From assembly GCA_017507215.1 (NCBI GenBank), contig JAFWBI010000004.1, positions 19,617 to 83,616 of the forward strand: a DNA stretch of 64,000 nt, given 5' to 3'. A model generated the notes under the pieces. The model saw only the letters and a program-made list of their open reading frames with translations, ran no database searches and was not told the DNA's origin. A program made the position numbers and the translations under genes. The stretch is from Clostridia bacterium. Lineage in GTDB: Bacteria; Bacillota; Clostridia; Christensenellales; UBA1242. Positions 29,254-39,527 of the stretch are shown piece after piece. Position 1 is the first letter of the stretch; every line of letters begins with the position of its first letter.

Positions 29254-30773
29254 GCTTTTGCTTTAGCGAATATTTTATTTTTGAAAATTATCATTTTAAA
29301 GTCGGCTACATTAAAAATGTATACAAGTAATGCCATTGAAAGCATTGTGATTCCGGCGCTTATAAACATTGAAATTGTTTGAAATTGAGATAAAAGTTTA
29401 TAGAGTGAAATTCCAATTAATGCTGAGAATATTGAAATTGACAACATTTTCAATAAAACCTTAACAAAGTCAAACGAAACTAATTTGCGTTTTTTGAGCA
29501 TGAGTATATTCATGGTTGAAGATGTTAAAGACATTAGTAAATATCCAATGATGAGCGCATAAGTTCCAAAATATTTTGGCAAGAAGAATATGCAGAGAAT
29601 AAGCAGGCTTGATGAGATTGCGTAGTTTTTTAGTGATTTTAATTCAAGACCTATTGCGTTTAGAATGCTTGATGTGATTTGTGATATGCCCATTGGAATC
29701 ATCAATATTGCAGAAAAGGTTAAATATTTTCCAGCAGTTTCGTTATTGAATAAAAATTTACAAATCGGCACTCCGATTGCTAGAAACAATGGCAAAAGCA
29801 TGCTTGAGAAAACTACAGTGGTTTTTAAAGAAAAGTTGATTTTGTTTTTCAAGACGGTTGTGTCTTTAAGTTCGCCACTGTCAATATTGTTCGATTGTTC
29901 ACTTATTGATGGTATGATTGTTACGGCAAGAGAACTGATTAGCGTTGATGGAATCATGATGAGTGGAAAAGTCATGCCCATAATGATTCCAAATTCAGAA
30001 AGTGCTTCAGATGATGAATAGCCATATGTCATTAGCCTGATTGGAATAATGACTGCAATCACTGATGACACGATTGAAGAAGCTGTTCGAACGGCTGTGA
30101 TAGGCGTGCTGGTTTTCAGAAGATTTTTAAATTCATATTTTGGATTGTTTAATTTTCCACCACGCTTGAAATATATGATTGCTACATGAATTGATGAAAT
30201 TATACATGCTAAACTTAATGAAAGGGCAGTTTTGTTTGTGAGTGACATATCTAAAAAGGTTGTCTCAAACAAAAGAACAATGATTATTATTCGTGTGACT
30301 TGTTCTAAAAATTCAGTGAAACTTATTGAGAAGAATTGTTTTTCGCCCCAAAGTGCACCACGAAGTACTTCATAAATTGAACTGAAGAGAAGTGCAGGAA
30401 GTAAAATCAAAATCATTTCGCTTGATGCGCTTGATGTGAAGATTAAACTCATTAGTGATGGGCAGAACAAAACAATTAAAGTGACGATAGTGCAAATGAT
30501 TCCAGTTAAAATTAAGCCAGATGAAACTATTGAACCTATGGCTTTTTTATTGTTTTGACCATGATAATATGCTGTGTTTCTTGATAGCACAACGGGGATT
30601 CCACTTGAGACAAGTGTCATGAAAACACCAAAAATGCTCATGGCAACTTGATAACTTCCAAGAAGTTCGCTAGACATTGAGCGAGATAGGTAAATTTTTA
30701 ATAAAAAGCCCATAGCTCTTGTTGCAACTGAAAAAAAGGTGACGCAAAACATAGCTTTAAATAATTTATTCAT
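29250..30773 (-). CDS. MOP-superfamily flippase (polysaccharide biosynthesis / SpoVB / MurJ-like)
   Basis: 507 aa with about 14 predicted TM helices. The N-terminal block FFSVATRAMGFLLKIYLSRSMSSELLGSYQVA is typical of the family. Confidence 0.6.
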   Translation of the reverse strand: MNKLFKAMFCVTFFSVATRAMGFLLKIYLSRSMSSELLGSYQVAMSIFGVFMTLVSSGIPVVLSRNTAYYHGQNNKKAIGSIVSSGLILTGIICTIVTLIVLFCPSLMSLIFTSSASSEMILILLPALLFSSIYEVLRGALWGEKQFFSISFTEFLEQVTRIIIIVLLFETTFLDMSLTNKTALSLSLACIISSIHVAIIYFKRGGKLNNPKYEFKNLLKTSTPITAVRTASSIVSSVIAVIIPIRLMTYGYSSSEALSEFGIIMGMTFPLIMIPSTLISSLAVTIIPSISEQSNNIDSGELKDTTVLKNKINFSLKTTVVFSSMLLPLFLAIGVPICKFLFNNETAGKYLTFSAILMIPMGISQITSSILNAIGLELKSLKNYAISSSLLILCIFFLPKYFGTYALIIGYLLMSLTSSTMNILMLKKRKLVSFDFVKVLLKMLSISIFSALIGISLYKLLSQFQTISMFISAGITMLSMALLVYIFNVADFKMIIFKNKIFAKAKA

Positions 30774-30923
30774 AGTTTATATTTATGAACTAAAAATTAA
30801 AGATATTATCTTAATATCAAAATAATTTGACTGACTTTGACCTATAATAAAAAATTTCAATAAATTTTGTTTAATAATTGTGCTAAGATTTTAGATGGTA
30901 TATAATAGTGATGGGAGAAAGGT

Positions 30924-32045
30924 ATGATTACTGTTAGAAAGATTAGCTCAAGAAAAGATTTCAAAAGGTTTGTTAGGTTTCCAACTGAACTTTATAAAGA
31001 TAATCCAAACTACATTCCACCAATGGAATCTGACGAATATAAAATGACAACAAAAAGAAACGCTCACTATTCAGAATGTGACCAAGCTTATTTTTTGGCT
31101 GAGCAAGATGGAAAGATTGTTGGACGTATTGCTTGTTTGATTATGCACAGATATAACGAGAAGAATAATTCAAAGTATGCAAGATTTTCAAGATTTGATA
31201 TTATTGATAGTGAAGAAGTTGCGCATGCTTTATTTGATGCTGCGTTTGCATGGGCAAAAGAAATGGGTATGGAATATATTCATGGTCCACTTGGCTATGA
31301 TGATTTAGAACGTGAAGGCTTGATGGTTTATGGTTTTGAAAGCAAGGGCTCATTTATAACAAGCTATAATGCTGAATATTATCAGAAACATATTGAGAGT
31401 TATGGTTTTGAGCCAGATGCGAGATGGGTTGAATGGAAATTTAAGTATCCACAAAAAATGGACGAACGTGTTGAAAGAGTGGCAAATATTGTTGAAAAAA
31501 GATATGGTTTCCATGAAAAGCACTATAAAAATATAGATGAAGTTATCAAACATCACAAAAAAGAATTTTTTGAACTTTTAGACGAAACATTTGAAGAACT
31601 TTATGGAACGTTTCCATTTAATGAAGAATTGCAAAAGCAAATTATTTCAATGTTTAAGCTTGTTTTAGACCAAAGATTTTTGTGTTTGGTGTTTGACAAA
31701 CAAGAAAAGCTTATTGGATTTGGTTTAACTTGGCCATCACTTGCTGATGCAATGCAAAAGACAAAGGGAAGAATGTTGCCATTTGGTTGGATAAAATGGC
31801 TTAAAGCCATTAAAAAGCCAACAGGTGTTGAGCTTGGGATTATTTCAGTTAAGAAAGAATATCAAAAACTTGGGGTTACTGGTTTTATCATTAAAAAGAT
31901 TTTTGATAGATATGCAAAGATTCCAACAATCAAAGAAGCATGCACTGGTGTTCAACTTGAAACAAATTTGGGTGCGATTTCGTCACTTGATATGTTTGAA
32001 AGAGAGCTTATCAGAAAGAAAACATGTTATATCAAGAAAATATAA
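30924..32045 (+). CDS. GNAT-like acyltransferase-fold protein
   Basis: 373 aa. The C-terminal ISVKKEYQKLGVTGFIIKKIF resembles GNAT motif A. Confidence 0.45.
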   Translation: MITVRKISSRKDFKRFVRFPTELYKDNPNYIPPMESDEYKMTTKRNAHYSECDQAYFLAEQDGKIVGRIACLIMHRYNEKNNSKYARFSRFDIIDSEEVAHALFDAAFAWAKEMGMEYIHGPLGYDDLEREGLMVYGFESKGSFITSYNAEYYQKHIESYGFEPDARWVEWKFKYPQKMDERVERVANIVEKRYGFHEKHYKNIDEVIKHHKKEFFELLDETFEELYGTFPFNEELQKQIISMFKLVLDQRFLCLVFDKQEKLIGFGLTWPSLADAMQKTKGRMLPFGWIKWLKAIKKPTGVELGIISVKKEYQKLGVTGFIIKKIFDRYAKIPTIKEACTGVQLETNLGAISSLDMFERELIRKKTCYIKKI

Positions 32046-32046
32046 T

Positions 32047-32077
32047 AAAAAGATGTGCATTTTTGCACATCTTTTTG
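32047..32077 (+). terminator. intrinsic terminator
   Basis: AAGATGTGCA-tttt-TGCACATCTT followed by TTT. Confidence 0.6.
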
Positions 32078-32138
32078 AATTTTTGCCACTTTGTGACGAG
32101 CTGAGAACGATTTTTAAATTTTTAATGAATAATTGGTC

Positions 32139-32170
32139 AAAAAAAAGAGAGCAGTTTTGCTCTCTTTTTC
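32139..32170 (-). terminator. intrinsic terminator of the giant surface-protein gene
   Basis: AGAGAGCA/TGCTCTCT stem with T8 on the minus strand. Confidence 0.6.
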
Positions 32171-32177
32171 TTATTTA

Positions 32178-35100
32178 TTAAACAAATCCATCATCTTTTT
32201 TAACGACTTCTTCAATTTCTACTTGTGTTTCTTCAGATTTATCATCATCAGATTTTTTCTTTTTGCGAGATTTTTTCTTAGATGTTGTTTCTGGAAGTGT
32301 AGAAATAAGGTCTTTTTCATGTTCGTTTTGTTCTTGTTTAACAACTTTGATAGGGTGTTTCTTGATGATTGTTGCAACAAGAGCAAGAATGATTACGATT
32401 CCAAGAAGAAGTGAAGAGAAGATGTAGAAGAATGTTGCCCAAGTTGCTGAGCCACTTGATGAATCATCAACAACTTCTGAATCAGTTGTTGAACCTTTGT
32501 TTTCAGTTGATTCAGTTCCGAAGTATGATTTGATTACTGTGTCGTTGCTTTCTTTGTCAACATCGTCATAGTTTAATGCGTATTCTTTAAATAATTTTTC
32601 AGTAGCAAAATTCTTAAGTTCCATTCCTGCGATGATTGCGTAACCTGAACCTGTTGATTTTTCAGTTCCAAGAGAGAATTTAACAGAGAATGAAGAAATT
32701 GCACTTGAGTTTGTTGAAATCAAAATTTGATAGCAAACAAATCCGTTTTCATCTCTAAGTTCATCATATTTTGAATCTGTGGTGTCAATGTTTGTCCATT
32801 TTCTTGAAATTGAGCTGTCAAGGTCAATGTTCAAACCAAAGTCATTTTCAGCAAATGAACTTGTTTTTACATAAACTTTAAGAACATAATAAGATGTTTT
32901 GCTGAGTGTTGTGCTGTAAACTGGGGTAGCAAGTGTGTAGTCTGTTTCAAAACTATTTGCTAAGATAAGCACGTTTTCAGAATAATCATTTTTAAGTTCA
33001 GCAGCATCAATAAACACATTATTGATGGTTACGTCATTTTTAAAGTTATATGTGTAGTTTGTTGTTTCTTTTTCAGTGATTGTGTAATCAGTTGGAGTTT
33101 CTGTTCCAACAGTTACTTTGGCTGTGCCATCAACAACAACTGCTTTACCGTCAAGTTTAGTAACTTCTTCGGTGTAGTTGCTATCACTATACATCTTATA
33201 AACAAGGTCATCAGAACCTTCAACTTCAACACCCTTGATGTAATATTCAACTTTGTTGATAGTTACTGTATAAGATTTTGTGATTGTTGATGTGTAGTAT
33301 GATGCAACAGCAACGCCAGTGTCACCGGTGGTGAATGTTGATGTGTTTTTAATGTTGCTTGTGAATTCTTTTGCATCATATGTGTTTGTTTCATCTTTGT
33401 CGTTGCCATGAATAGAGAATTCGAAGGCTTTAAGGTCGATGAATTTAACATTTTTGAAGCAATCTTTTTCAAAAATATCAGATTCAGTTGTGTCTTTGTT
33501 GTCTGAATCAGGAAGCATGTCATCTCTAATTTCGTCAAGGGTTTCAGTTGTTGTTACGCATGCAACGTTTCTGAAGAAACATGTTCCAGTTGCACTCTTG
33601 ATGCCAAATTTGATATAAACACTTGCAGTTGATGCATCTGATGCGATGTAGAATGTGTATTTATTCCAGCCGTTTGCAATATCATTAAAGTCAATGTCCA
33701 TTCTTGAAATTAAGTTTTCAGCTTTCACTGAGCTTGTGTAAACTTCAGCAAAGATATCACCATTAAAGTTTAATCCTTTATGGAATTCAAAACTTAATTT
33801 ATAAGTTGTTGAAGCAGAAAGACTGATTGATGATGAATATGTGCTGTAGGTTGATTTGTGAGCGTATGATGTCACTGAGTCTTTCCAAGTTGCACTATTT
33901 AATGGATTTTCAATAGTGGCTGGGGCATAGATTGCATAAATGTTATTCTTGAGAGAGTTTTCAGGAACTTCAACAAGAGTGGTTGCATCTGCGCTGTTAT
34001 ATTTTGCGAAGAAGTTGTCTTCAATAGCAAGATATTCATCAGATGTTGGAACAACACCAGCAATAACGCCAGTTGAAGTTTCAGCAATTGTCCAGTTTTC
34101 AGCTTTTCTAGGAGCAGTGTAGTCAATGTTTGAATTGTAGTTATCTGTTACTGTTACATTGTTGAAATAACCATTTGTTACACCAGCAGAAATGATTGAT
34201 TTGCTTGGTGTGAGTGACAAACAGAATGTTGTTTTGTCTGAGTCTGAGTTTGCTGTGTCGTAAGCACCACTTGTGATTTTTTCAATAGTGATGTTGTCAT
34301 AGTAAATGGTTGTGTCTTTATCAGCAGAAAGTGTTAAATAACATTTTTGGCTGTGAAGAGCGTTTCCTTCAATATAGAAACTTACAGGAATCCAACCATA
34401 TTCATTTGCTTGTGTTGTTGAGTAATCGCCAATGTAAGCGTTAACACTTGCAGATGAAGTGATTAATGTTCCGTGAGTTAAGGTTGTTGCAGTTTTCAAA
34501 ACTGAACTTAATGTTAAGTTTGCCTTAACATCTTCTTTTGTTGCAAGAACCCAAACTGTGAGTTTGTAATATTCATTTTGTTTAACAGTGAAGTAGTTTG
34601 AAATTAAACCAAGTGTAAGTTGTCTGCTTGAGTTTGTGAGTTTCAAAATCTTGTTGTTATCTTTGAATGTTGATTTAACAAATGCAACGTCTTCTTTTTC
34701 TGTTGAAGGTGCGTCGCTATCAATAGCGTCGTCATCGTCATCTTCATCTTCTTCTGGCAATTTATCTTCATAAATTGTGCTTTCATCAATGATTGATGCT
34801 GATAATTTTCCAGATTCATATGCTTTTTGATATTGTTCTAAGATGTAGTTATTTCCTTGTCCTGAAACGTCACGGCTGATATACATTTGCCATAATGCTT
34901 CAAGTTCTGAATAACCATCAATATTAGAAGCATTTGAGAAATCAAGAGAAGAGAAGTATGATTCTAAATTGTCTAAATTGAAGTTATCTTCGAAATATTT
35001 TGGATTTGCGTCAGGAGTCCAAGCTGAAATTGAATCATTAACATTTGTGTTTACGGCAGTTACAATAATTTTGTTGCCATATTTATCAACATATTCAGGT

Positions 35101-38100
35101 TCTGATTGAGAAACTGGTTCACCTGGTTCGGTTTCTTCTTCTGGAGCAGTTGTTTTTACAGTTTCGCCATCGATTGTGAGTTTATTGAAATCTGTAAGGT
35201 TGATTTTTGTAACTCTGATGTCATCAAATAACACAGTTCCGTTTGCTGTTGAATAAGTATCTTTCAAAACAGTTTTTGTGTTTGGAGCTGTTCCGATGGT
35301 GTAAGTTGCTTCAGCGTTGCCAACAAAGAATGTTTCTTTTTGTGAACCGAAGATGCTTGTTTTGTCACCCATAAACATTGTGAGCTTTACAGATGAAGCA
35401 GAAAGGGAATTTGTTGCAATATAAAGGTAATGCTTTTCCCATTTTCCGTTTGTTGAGATATGTTCAATATTTGCAGTTGTGATATAACCCTTGGTGTCTT
35501 CAACATAAATTGAAGCTTCAACAGGTTTATTGAAATCTGCAACGCTTTCAAGCTTGTGATTGTAAGTTCCATTTGTGTAAACATAGAATGAAATCACATA
35601 ATAGCTGTTTGAAGAAAGGGTGATTGTTGAGTTTGTTGAATAAGAGTATGTTGTGATGTTTGGTGTTTGAGTATACCAAGCAGCAGATTCAACATCTCTA
35701 ATTTTCTTATAGTAAAGATTTTTGCCTTCAACATAATCAGGATTTAATTCTTCGCTATTCTTGATTTTTGGAGTGATTAATTCATAGTCAGATGCAAGAT
35801 AATCATCACTTGTGTCTGTGAAAGTTTCATAAGCAGAATCTTTGCTTGTTGTGTTTTCATAGATAACTCTTTCAGTTTCGTTTGTAGCATTATATTTATA
35901 GTAAAGAGTGTATTTTAAGTTATAGAACTCATCATCAGATGTGAGTTGTGTGTAGAATTTGTGGTTTGCTTCATATTCTTTTGTTGTGATAACAATGAAG
36001 TTACGTCCACCATCTTTATAAGTTGATTTATCACTTGATGTAACTGAATCGTCAATAACGAAAAGGGCATTCTTGTCAGTGATTGTGTTCTTTACGTAAA
36101 TATCTTTAGCACTTGAATCATATTTATAGTAAAGTTTGAAGTTTTCGTTGTAGTTTGCATCTGATTTTTCAACGGTGATGTAATCTTTATAATTATAGAA
36201 ATTTGCAACACCATCAATTTGTTTGCTTGGGATAACGGTGTAGTTTAAATTTTTGTAAACTTCGTTATCTTTTTCATCTGCATATTTTGCAGCGTCAACC
36301 ACGATGTAAATCTTTTTGATTTTTTCTGTGAGTTCGTGGTGATAGTAATATGTGTATGAAGTATCTAAATCAAGCTTTTTAACTGTTGCTTCAGGAACTT
36401 TTACATATTCATTATATTTAGCTGCTTCAAGAGTAGATTGTGAAAGGTTTGCAATTCCGTCAACAGAATCTTTTCCTGTTGGAATATAAACATAGATTTT
36501 CTTATTGTTTCCGTCCATTTCATATTTTGTTGAAGCAACTTGAGTTTCTTCAAATGGAATGTTTGGAAGGGTCTTTGTTTCATATTCGCCAGCTTTATAT
36601 GTTACATTTGTTAATGTTTCATAGTTGGCTCTAATCTTTTTGAAATAAAGCTTATAGTCGGCTTTGTAATAGTTTGCGTATGAAGAGCTTTCAACAAGAT
36701 AATATTCTTCAAGTTCGTCTTCAGACATATTTGCAAAGTCTGCTGTTTTTACATAATCTTTATATTGATATGTTGGGTATTTTGTTTCGAATGAAGATTT
36801 GTCTTCTGTTTGAATGTAAACATGTTTGTTTTCTGCTTCTTTATATTTCAAATAGAGTGTGCTATTTCCACTTGCATCAGTAAATTGTTTGATGATGTTT
36901 TTGAATCTTGTGATGTTGCCAGTGTCGGTTGTGGTTGATTCATTTTCACTTGTTGGGGAAATGCCAAGAACTTTAATGAAATATTGGTCATGAATACCAA
37001 GTGTGTAGCTTGTTTCGGTTGAAGTTCCGTTTGGAACAGGAAGGTTTACATATGTTGAATCAATATCATTTTTGTCTGTGATTACGTCAAGATACATAAA
37101 GTCATATGTTGCTTGTTCATCAGCAGTGATTCCGTTTGTGTCTAAAACAAAAACTTGATAGTTTCCATCTGCAAGGGTTTGATATGGAATAGCTTCATAT
37201 TTATAGTAAGTGATATATTGTTCCATGTAATCAGCACCATCAGCTGGAGTGATTAATCTATAAAGAAGTGGATATTTTTCCAAGTTTTGTTTAATTGAAC
37301 CATCGTTATCAAAAACCACACGTTTGTCAACGTCGATGCCTTTGCCACGAGCGTTGTCAATGAATGTTTGAGAAGCATCTTTTGCACTTAAATAATAAAT
37401 ATTTGGTTTTGTGTTTCCGGTTGCAATTACGTATTTTTCAGTTGTTTTGTTTGTTGATTCAAATGTGTTGTCTTTGTAGTAATAACTCATTGAACCAGGA
37501 GCTTTGTTTGCCAAAATACCTGCAACGTTTTTGTTTTGAGTTTCGCCATCATATGTGTAGATTGCTACTGTTTTTGCAATTTCATTATCAATTTCGGTTT
37601 TTACACGATTGTAAGAATGGCTTTGTTCATAGAACTTTGTTTGATCGCTGATGCCATCTCTAATGGTTGTTCCTGTTGGTTCGCCAGCGTCGTTTAAAAC
37701 ATCTTCGACTTTGATTGATGATTCGTCACGTTCATCAGGTGAAATGAAGTTTGCTAATGAATGATAGAATTGAATTTTATATTCGTTGCTGTTTTCAGTG
37801 AATATGAAGTTGTTGATAGGAGAGAATGTCATTTGAGTTCCTTCATTCACACCTATAGTTTGTTTTCTGTAAGTGATTTCATGAGAAACGAAATATTCAA
37901 GGTATTCTCTAAATGTTTCACATTTTTCATTATTCTTAATGTTTGTTGCTTCAGCAGTGTAGTACTCAAGGAGAGTGTCATATTTGCCATCGGTTGCTGC
38001 CAAGAATTCAGTGTAAACTGTTTTATAAGCAACATCGGTTTCAACATTTGTGCTTGTGTCTTTGAGTTTAACAGTTTCATCGATTGACTTTAAATATTCA

Positions 38101-38411
38101 TCAGCATATTTAGCAAACAAGTCACTAAATCTAGTGTTGTAATATTTTTCAATGTTGAAGTTGTTGCTGCTACCTTCAAAATATGATTTTAGTGATGAAG
38201 GGTAGTTTCCTGCACTGATGTTAGTTTCGCTTGTTGTGCTTGAGTTTGGATAATAAGTTTGCACAGAAGACGACTTGTAAGCATTAGTTTTGAAAGTATC
38301 CACCAATAAAGCAAGCGGTGAATAGTTAAAAGACAATGTTAAAACAAGTGCTAACATCAAACTAAAAATTGACTTTTTTCTTTTGTTAAAAAACTTTTTT
38401 AAATTGTTCAT
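32178..38411 (-). CDS. giant (about 2077 aa) membrane-anchored surface protein with four jelly-roll/CBM-like modules
   Basis: Signal-like N-terminus (KKSIFSLMLALVLTLSFNYSPLALL). The Tyr/Lys/Asn-rich N-terminal half has recurrent ..(K/T)LY(Y/F)K(K/Y).. motifs. Acidic linker (EEDEDDDDDAIDSD, about 34725-34770). C-terminal TM helix (FFYIFSSLLLGIVIILALVATII) followed by a Lys/Asp-rich tail. No LPXTG motif. Confidence 0.75.
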   Translation of the reverse strand: MNNLKKFFNKRKKSIFSLMLALVLTLSFNYSPLALLVDTFKTNAYKSSSVQTYYPNSSTTSETNISAGNYPSSLKSYFEGSSNNFNIEKYYNTRFSDLFAKYADEYLKSIDETVKLKDTSTNVETDVAYKTVYTEFLAATDGKYDTLLEYYTAEATNIKNNEKCETFREYLEYFVSHEITYRKQTIGVNEGTQMTFSPINNFIFTENSNEYKIQFYHSLANFISPDERDESSIKVEDVLNDAGEPTGTTIRDGISDQTKFYEQSHSYNRVKTEIDNEIAKTVAIYTYDGETQNKNVAGILANKAPGSMSYYYKDNTFESTNKTTEKYVIATGNTKPNIYYLSAKDASQTFIDNARGKGIDVDKRVVFDNDGSIKQNLEKYPLLYRLITPADGADYMEQYITYYKYEAIPYQTLADGNYQVFVLDTNGITADEQATYDFMYLDVITDKNDIDSTYVNLPVPNGTSTETSYTLGIHDQYFIKVLGISPTSENESTTTDTGNITRFKNIIKQFTDASGNSTLYLKYKEAENKHVYIQTEDKSSFETKYPTYQYKDYVKTADFANMSEDELEEYYLVESSSYANYYKADYKLYFKKIRANYETLTNVTYKAGEYETKTLPNIPFEETQVASTKYEMDGNNKKIYVYIPTGKDSVDGIANLSQSTLEAAKYNEYVKVPEATVKKLDLDTSYTYYYHHELTEKIKKIYIVVDAAKYADEKDNEVYKNLNYTVIPSKQIDGVANFYNYKDYITVEKSDANYNENFKLYYKYDSSAKDIYVKNTITDKNALFVIDDSVTSSDKSTYKDGGRNFIVITTKEYEANHKFYTQLTSDDEFYNLKYTLYYKYNATNETERVIYENTTSKDSAYETFTDTSDDYLASDYELITPKIKNSEELNPDYVEGKNLYYKKIRDVESAAWYTQTPNITTYSYSTNSTITLSSNSYYVISFYVYTNGTYNHKLESVADFNKPVEASIYVEDTKGYITTANIEHISTNGKWEKHYLYIATNSLSASSVKLTMFMGDKTSIFGSQKETFFVGNAEATYTIGTAPNTKTVLKDTYSTANGTVLFDDIRVTKINLTDFNKLTIDGETVKTTAPEEETEPGEPVSQSEPEYVDKYGNKIIVTAVNTNVNDSISAWTPDANPKYFEDNFNLDNLESYFSSLDFSNASNIDGYSELEALWQMYISRDVSGQGNNYILEQYQKAYESGKLSASIIDESTIYEDKLPEEDEDDDDDAIDSDAPSTEKEDVAFVKSTFKDNNKILKLTNSSRQLTLGLISNYFTVKQNEYYKLTVWVLATKEDVKANLTLSSVLKTATTLTHGTLITSSASVNAYIGDYSTTQANEYGWIPVSFYIEGNALHSQKCYLTLSADKDTTIYYDNITIEKITSGAYDTANSDSDKTTFCLSLTPSKSIISAGVTNGYFNNVTVTDNYNSNIDYTAPRKAENWTIAETSTGVIAGVVPTSDEYLAIEDNFFAKYNSADATTLVEVPENSLKNNIYAIYAPATIENPLNSATWKDSVTSYAHKSTYSTYSSSISLSASTTYKLSFEFHKGLNFNGDIFAEVYTSSVKAENLISRMDIDFNDIANGWNKYTFYIASDASTASVYIKFGIKSATGTCFFRNVACVTTTETLDEIRDDMLPDSDNKDTTESDIFEKDCFKNVKFIDLKAFEFSIHGNDKDETNTYDAKEFTSNIKNTSTFTTGDTGVAVASYYTSTITKSYTVTINKVEYYIKGVEVEGSDDLVYKMYSDSNYTEEVTKLDGKAVVVDGTAKVTVGTETPTDYTITEKETTNYTYNFKNDVTINNVFIDAAELKNDYSENVLILANSFETDYTLATPVYSTTLSKTSYYVLKVYVKTSSFAENDFGLNIDLDSSISRKWTNIDTTDSKYDELRDENGFVCYQILISTNSSAISSFSVKFSLGTEKSTGSGYAIIAGMELKNFATEKLFKEYALNYDDVDKESNDTVIKSYFGTESTENKGSTTDSEVVDDSSSGSATWATFFYIFSSLLLGIVIILALVATIIKKHPIKVVKQEQNEHEKDLISTLPETTSKKKSRKKKKSDDDKSEETQVEIEEVVKKDDGFV

Positions 38412-38599
38412 TATATACCGTCCCATATTTAATAAAATTAACTGAACTAATTTTAGTATATTTGCGCCGAAAAATCAACCATTTATATTAATTTTTATGC
38501 TTTATAGTCAACATATTTAAATTATTTATAGGCTAGCTAAAATTTGTCATAATAATCACTTATAATTATTGCCGAATTTTAAAATACTAATTATGAGAT

Positions 38600-38974
38600 A
38601 TGGAAAATAAAAATAAATTTTTTGATATTTTGAAACTTGTTGGAGTGGGAGTTGTGTCGGGAATTATAAATGGCTTTTTTGGAGCAGGTGGTGGGCTTCT
38701 TTTGGTTCCATTAATTTCATTTGTTCAAAAAGACAATTCAAAGAAAGCTCATGCCACAACTCTTGTGTGTGTTATGTTTATGTGCATAGCAAGTTCAGTG
38801 ATTTATTTTTTGAAAAAGCAAATAGATTATAAATTGGTTTTGGTTTGTGGAATTGGAAGTTTGATTGGGAGTTTGGTTGGAACAAAACTTTTGAAAAATT
38901 TAAAAAATAACATCATTGATTTAGTGTTTTCTGGAGTGTTAATTTTGGCAGGTGTGTGCATGATTATATTTTAG
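38600..38974 (+). CDS. half-size TauE/SafE (TSUP) family membrane protein
   Basis: 124 aa, 4 TM helices. VGVVSGIINGFFGAGGGLLLVPL is the typical TSUP opening. Confidence 0.6.
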   Translation: MENKNKFFDILKLVGVGVVSGIINGFFGAGGGLLLVPLISFVQKDNSKKAHATTLVCVMFMCIASSVIYFLKKQIDYKLVLVCGIGSLIGSLVGTKLLKNLKNNIIDLVFSGVLILAGVCMIIF

Positions 38975-39041
38975 AAAAAACGCAAAAACACGCAAAAATA
39001 AATGAAAAAACATATAAAAATAAATAAATAAGGAGAATATT

Positions 39042-39446
39042 TTGCAAATTTTATTACTTTTGGCTGTGTCGTGTTTTTCTGGAATTTTTGCCGGAATGGG
39101 AATGGGTGGTGGAACATTTTTGATTCCACTTTTAAGTTTGTTTTTTGGAATTGAGCAAATAATTTGTCAATCAACAAACGTTTTGTGTTTTGTTCTTTTG
39201 GCTATTATTTGTTCGGTGATTTATGCAAAGAATAAATTGATAGATTATAAGGTTGTTTTATGTGTGATTTTTCCGGCAACGGCCATCGCAACGCTTGCCA
39301 GTATTTTTGCTGTGAAGACAAGCTCTGATGTGCTTCAAATTTGTTTTTCAATTTTTATTATTTTAGTTGGTGCTTTTTATTTTATTAAGACGATTGCTGC
39401 CATGAAGAAAGATAAAAAACTGCTTGTAAAAAAGAACCCTAACTAA
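39042..39446 (+). CDS. half-size TauE/SafE (TSUP) family membrane protein
   Basis: 134 aa, 4 TM helices. FSGIFAGMGMGGGTFLIPLL. TTG start 6 nt after AGGAG. Confidence 0.6.
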   Translation: MQILLLLAVSCFSGIFAGMGMGGGTFLIPLLSLFFGIEQIICQSTNVLCFVLLAIICSVIYAKNKLIDYKVVLCVIFPATAIATLASIFAVKTSSDVLQICFSIFIILVGAFYFIKTIAAMKKDKKLLVKKNPN

Positions 39447-39527
39447 TTTCTTAAAGCCTTTAAATTTGTTTTACAATACACTTTATTTTTGGTAATATAT
39501 TTATGTATATATTAATAGGGGTGTATT

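Noticed and set aside
38975-39041. Reading the TSUP split as a frameshifted pseudogene
   Set aside because: The first half ends cleanly after its fourth TM helix. The spacer is 67 nt of A-rich non-coding sequence, and the second half has its own AGGAG RBS. The split-gene interpretation is preferred, and this is reported as a finding rather than as a pseudogene.
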